A stretch of DNA of 28,165 nucleotides, taken from the NCBI GenBank assembly GCA_046543235.1, contig JBKGZT010000012.1, forward strand, positions 1 to 28,165, read 5' to 3'. The notes under the pieces are model-generated. The model saw only the letters and a list, made by a program, of their open reading frames with translations. It made no database searches and had not been told where the DNA came from. The DNA comes from Candidatus Acetothermia bacterium (GTDB lineage Bacteria; Bipolaricaulota; Bipolaricaulia; M55B111). Positions 24,026 through 28,165 of the stretch are shown piece by piece. The position numbers and the translations under genes were made by a program. The stretch's first letter is position 1. The number at the start of each line of letters is the position of its first letter.

Positions 24026-26152
24026 TTAAAAGACCGGACCCATACCGAAGTAGAAGTTAGGCACGTAATCGAATTCCTCCGAAAGGGGCCATGCGGCTCC
24101 AATTCGCAGATGACCGAACATCTGCAGGTTAATCTCGAATCCCGCGGACGTCCTGAAATCGTAACCTTCGTTCCCCGAGAGATCCACACCCCCGTCGAGG
24201 AAAGAAGTTAGGTAAAGCTGACCGGGCAGAGCCGCCAGGCGGTACTCACTGTTGAAAAAGCCGTAATTGCTTGCCCGGAGATTTGTCCCCAGGCCCCGGA
24301 TCGAGTTCTTACCGACGAACTCCGACTGATAGTTAGCAGGTGTATCAAGCCCAAGACCGAACTGGAGGTTTAGCCCCAGTACTTGACTCCTCTCTCCCGC
24401 GATATCCAGTTCCGGTAGCGGCTGGAAATAGCTATTCTTGAAAGTCATCTGGGTAAAGCTCAAACCCGGAGCGAAATCCCCTGCCTTCTCGATCTTCAGC
24501 GACCTCCTGCTCCCATCCGTCGGGAATGTCGGGTTATCCCTGTCGTCGTATATCAGATCAGCCGATAGGATGTTGGTAAGGGAATTACTCGAGGAATCTT
24601 CCTCAATTATCCAGTCGGCGTTGTAACCTAGATTCAGCGACAGGTTACCCGACACGGGATAACCGAAGGAAGCCTCAAAACCCTGGTTGGACCCGACGTT
24701 CCGGTATAGACTTAGTTTGGTAAAGTTAAAACCCGAGGGATAATAAGTGTTTTTCCAGTCTATACTCCCGTCGAACTTGGAATCAAGCGAGAACTCCCTG
24801 CTCAGGTTGAAGGACAGGTCCTGACCTACCCCGAACAGGTTCTTGGTCGAAAGCCGCAGACGTCCTCCCAAACCACCTTCCGACCAGGTAAGGCCTCCGT
24901 TCACGCTGTTTAGTCTATTCTTTTCGCCAACCGTAACGACGAGTTTGAGGCCCTCGGAGGTCCGTTCAACTTTCGGTTCGGCTTTGGAAAAGTAACCCAG
25001 ATCGAGAATTCTCCTGCGAGAATCGGACATCTCTTTCTCGTTGTAAACGTCTCCTTCCGAGAGGAAGAGCTTGTTGGTGATAACTTGCGTGTCCGTCTTC
25101 GTGTTTCCCTCGATGACGAGCTCAGTAATTACCCCTTCTCCGATATCGAAAACGGCGTCCCCGTTTTCTATATCCTGAAAAGTTATATCGGCGTAAGTAT
25201 AACCTTCCGAGTTGTACTCCCTAAATACGGGCGCCAGAGCCCGCAACAGATCGTAGTTCGTTAATTCTCCTTCCGGGGGCCGCTTAACCAGATTATCCAG
25301 CTTTTGATCGTCAAAAACCGTATTACCCTCCAGGTGGATCCGTTCGGCCGTGATTGGCTTGTCCACCAGTTCTCGCTCTTCAAGCACCCATCGGAGAATA
25401 ATGTCGGAGGGGCTGTAGCCTTGGGCCGGTACCAGCTCCACCGATTCGAAATAAGCGGAATTCTGGAGGTTCTGGTAGGAAAGCTGCAGTTCTCTCAGCT
25501 TTATAGGTTCGCCCTTCGTGGTTTCTATCATCTCGGCAACGACTTCTCTGGGGACAGAGCTTAGGCCCTCAAACTTGTTGCTAGACAGTTCTCCTTCTAT
25601 TACCTCGATGGTCAGAGTCTCGCCAATGTCCACGTTTTCCGTGCTGATAAGCGGGTAACCCTGTTCTTCGTATTTCTCGGCTACCTTTTCCAAACCCTTG
25701 TCAAGTTCTTCGCGATTTATTACCTCGCCCTCCTTTATCCCAGCGTCTTTGAGACCCTGCTTGAGCTTTCTTTCTCCGACCAGGCTGACCCCTTCGAACT
25801 TTATCTCCTTCAAAACGGGGTACTCGTCGAGTTCGAGTGTCAAACTGATCTCCCCGTCTCCCGTCTCCAGGCTGCTCTGAACTTCCCGGAAGTAGCCACT
25901 ATTTTTGACGTTCTCTACTTTCTCTTTCAGCTCAGCCTCCGTAACCGTGTCCCCCTCCGATAGTCCCAGCTGATCGAGTATCTCCTTCCTGGTAACGTTC
26001 TGGTTGCCCGTAAGCTCTATCTGCGTGAGTGTGTAACTGTCATCGCCTTCTTCCTCCCCCTGTTGCTGAGCCTCAGCCGGAAGCAATAAAAACAAAAGGA
26101 GAGCCAGCACCGTGATTACGCTAACGAAAGCGGTTTTGTTTTTCAGTTTCAT
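24026..26152 (-). CDS. bamA: Omp85/BamA-family outer-membrane protein
   Basis: Signal peptide, five POTRA-like repeats (e.g. IELTGN..SGYF, LVIEGN..LGYF), NLFG.G, DDRDN..FPT.G, IRG motif, C-terminal FYFGMGPVF. Confidence 0.88.
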   Translation of the reverse strand: MKLKNKTAFVSVITVLALLLFLLLPAEAQQQGEEEGDDSYTLTQIELTGNQNVTRKEILDQLGLSEGDTVTEAELKEKVENVKNSGYFREVQSSLETGDGEISLTLELDEYPVLKEIKFEGVSLVGERKLKQGLKDAGIKEGEVINREELDKGLEKVAEKYEEQGYPLISTENVDIGETLTIEVIEGELSSNKFEGLSSVPREVVAEMIETTKGEPIKLRELQLSYQNLQNSAYFESVELVPAQGYSPSDIILRWVLEERELVDKPITAERIHLEGNTVFDDQKLDNLVKRPPEGELTNYDLLRALAPVFREYNSEGYTYADITFQDIENGDAVFDIGEGVITELVIEGNTKTDTQVITNKLFLSEGDVYNEKEMSDSRRRILDLGYFSKAEPKVERTSEGLKLVVTVGEKNRLNSVNGGLTWSEGGLGGRLRLSTKNLFGVGQDLSFNLSREFSLDSKFDGSIDWKNTYYPSGFNFTKLSLYRNVGSNQGFEASFGYPVSGNLSLNLGYNADWIIEEDSSSNSLTNILSADLIYDDRDNPTFPTDGSRRSLKIEKAGDFAPGLSFTQMTFKNSYFQPLPELDIAGERSQVLGLNLQFGLGLDTPANYQSEFVGKNSIRGLGTNLRASNYGFFNSEYRLAALPGQLYLTSFLDGGVDLSGNEGYDFRTSAGFEINLQMFGHLRIGAAWPLSEEFDYVPNFYFGMGPVF

Positions 26153-26156
26153 CTCG

Positions 26157-27710
26157 TTATACTCCCTCCTCCCTTAATATCTTATCTCTCGTACTCCTGT
26201 ATTGGACGGATTCGGATACGTGTTCCGGACGAATTACTTCGCTTCCGCCCAGGTCCGCTATCGTCCGAGAAATTTTTAATATCTTATGATAAGCCCTTGC
26301 AGAGAAACCGTAACGGTCAATTGCCTGCTTTACCAGACTCTCCGCGGATTCGTCCAGCTGACAGTACTTCTCCACTTCTTCCGCCGTCATCAACGAATTC
26401 GTGAAGCCATCACGTTGGAACCGCTCGGCCTGGACCTCACGACCCTTCTGGACGCTTTCCCTTATCCTCTTGCTGGACTGCCCCTCCGACCTGCCTGTCA
26501 TTTCTTCTTTGTCCAGCCGCTGGACGTCGACGAATATATCTATCCGGTCCATGAAGGGTCCGGATATTTTCTTCCTGTACCTTCTGATCTCATGCGGACG
26601 GCAGGTACACTTCTTCACGGGGTCACCAAGATAGCCACAGGGACAGGGATTCATCGCGCCGACCAGCGTAAAGTTGGCAGGAAATCTAAAGGAGTTCGAG
26701 GCCCGAGAGATGGTTATCTCCTGATCCTCCAGGGGCTGCCGAAGCGTCTCGAGAACTCTTCTGCTGAACTCGGGCAGCTCGTCCAGAAAGAGGACGCCGT
26801 TGTGAGCCAGACTTATCTCTCCGGGCGTGGGATTTCCGTGTCCTCCTCCCACCATTCCCGCGTAGGAGATTGTATGATGGGGCGAACGAACCTTCCGCCT
26901 CGTCACCAGAGGGTTTTCCGAACTCAGCTTGCCCATAATGCTATAGATCTTCGTCACTTCGATAGCTTCCTCGAAGGTGAGGGGCGGAAGAATGGTGGGC
27001 AACCTCTTCGCTAGCATGCTCTTCCCGGAACCGGGCGGTCCACTCATCAGCACGTTGTGACCACCAGCAGCAGCTATTTCCAGTGCCCTCTTTGCCCCCT
27101 CCTGGCCTTTGACGTCGCTAAAGTCTTTAGAAAAGTTCCTCCGAGAACGAAAATGCTCCTCCTGGTCGAAAGAATGAGGGCTTCTCGATCCGCTCGTACC
27201 TCGACTCAGGAAGTCGACAGCTTCTCTCAGGTTTGAAACCGGGTAAACTTCAAGCTGTTCGACGATGGATGCTTCCCGGGCGTTACCCTGGGGAACCACG
27301 AGGGAATCGATCTTCGGATCCTCTCTCGCTGCCAGCGCGACCGGGAGAACACCGCTGACGGATCGGAGTCCTCCATCCAGGGAAAGCTCGCCGATGAGCA
27401 ATTTTCCCTCAAGGGCATCCTCGGCCAGGTTTCCGGTTGCCTGTAGAATCGTGGCGGCAATAGGAAGGTCAAGACCGACCCCTTTCTTCTTCACGTCCGC
27501 CGGAGCGAGATTGGCGGTAATCTTCTTCGTCGGGAATTCGTAGCCCGAGTTGTCGATGGCGCTTTTTATCCTGTCCCGGCTCTCCTGAACCTCCTTCTCC
27601 GGCAAGCCAACTATCTTAAACCCCGGGAGTCCCCGTGAGACGTCACACTGAACCTCCACTATTATGGCATTTATACCCGTAACGGCACCGCTAAAGGCTT
27701 TTGAGATCAT
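26157..27710 (-). CDS. comM: ComM/YifB Mg-chelatase-like AAA+ helicase
   Basis: IVGLP...ESRDR, NLAPAD.KK, DLPIA, GELSLDG, GPPGSGKSM, RSPHH, PGEISLAHNGVLFLDELPEF, AMNPCPCG, SARAY; ATG 27710 (TTG 27716 alternative). Confidence 0.93.
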   Translation of the reverse strand: MISKAFSGAVTGINAIIVEVQCDVSRGLPGFKIVGLPEKEVQESRDRIKSAIDNSGYEFPTKKITANLAPADVKKKGVGLDLPIAATILQATGNLAEDALEGKLLIGELSLDGGLRSVSGVLPVALAAREDPKIDSLVVPQGNAREASIVEQLEVYPVSNLREAVDFLSRGTSGSRSPHSFDQEEHFRSRRNFSKDFSDVKGQEGAKRALEIAAAGGHNVLMSGPPGSGKSMLAKRLPTILPPLTFEEAIEVTKIYSIMGKLSSENPLVTRRKVRSPHHTISYAGMVGGGHGNPTPGEISLAHNGVLFLDELPEFSRRVLETLRQPLEDQEITISRASNSFRFPANFTLVGAMNPCPCGYLGDPVKKCTCRPHEIRRYRKKISGPFMDRIDIFVDVQRLDKEEMTGRSEGQSSKRIRESVQKGREVQAERFQRDGFTNSLMTAEEVEKYCQLDESAESLVKQAIDRYGFSARAYHKILKISRTIADLGGSEVIRPEHVSESVQYRSTRDKILREEGV

Positions 27711-27712
27711 GA

Positions 27713-28054
27713 TCAACCGTTAATTCTGATGGCGTCTTCGTAATGTCTTATCTCTCCGTCTGACAAAGCTACGACGTCAAACCTGCTATTTCCTCCGTAG
27801 TCGTTATCCTGAATCCAGCGTTGAGAACACTTGAACAACCGGCGCTTTTTCTCCTCGGTAATTGCCTCCTCTGGTGAGGCAAAACTTCCTTTTCCCCGCT
27901 TTTTCACCTCGACAAAGACCACGAAGTCACCATCAAAGGTAATCACGTCCACCTCGCCTCGATGGCAGTAGTAGTTTCTGTCCACGACATGGTGACCCTT
28001 CTTCTCCAGGTATTCCACGGCCCGTTTTTCTGCTTTACTACCTCTTTTGGCCAT
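27713..28054 (-). CDS. yraN: YraN/UPF0102 PD-(D/E)xK nuclease
   Basis: G..AE..A..YL, RNY....GEVD.I, VFVEVK.R, EAIT..K..RL, RFDVV. Confidence 0.93.
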   Translation of the reverse strand: MAKRGSKAEKRAVEYLEKKGHHVVDRNYYCHRGEVDVITFDGDFVVFVEVKKRGKGSFASPEEAITEEKKRRLFKCSQRWIQDNDYGGNSRFDVVALSDGEIRHYEDAIRING

Positions 28055-28165
28055 TAAACAACTAACCCCGGTAAAATTCTCTTGTAAATTAAAAGAAAAG
28101 AATGTAAAGGTCTTATGTATGATAACACCCCAGACCCTGAATATTCAAATAATAAATACACTTAA

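Noticed and set aside
1-28165. CRISPR arrays, IS elements, defence systems, known riboswitches
   Set aside because: I found no regularly spaced repeats, transposase motifs or recognisable aptamer consensus by eye.

Overview
Mostly core chromosomal DNA from a diderm bacterium with strongly acidic (Glu/Asp-rich) proteins, suggesting a halophile. Bipolaricaulota/KB1-like affinity is my inference, not shown. Left to right: (1) the start of a tyrosine integrase missed by the ORF track, 71 bp past the 3' end of tRNA-Val(GAC), marking the edge of an integrated element; (2) tRNA-Cys; (3) a minus-strand run of DUF4139 protein, small hypothetical, phosphohexomutase and leuS; (4) gabT, a membrane protein and a small monocistronic hypothetical; (5) a reduced dcw cluster, murD-ftsW-murG-murC-murB, then ftsA-parA/soj-ftsZ behind their own promoter; (6) pfkA and folK-rng; (7) a minus-strand operon yraN-comM-bamA-skp-fabZ. 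The standout is a Soj/ParA ATPase sitting between ftsA and ftsZ and overlapping the ftsZ start. That FtsZ carries an extra ~60-aa N-terminus resembling a ParA-partner peptide plus flexible linker, so this is a candidate system in which a nucleoid-binding ParA positions FtsZ directly. Also notable: a 95-nt rod-like RNA hairpin, a PFK with non-canonical specificity residues, a minimal RNase E/G, and a bamA-skp-fabZ cluster with no lpx genes and an elongated Skp.
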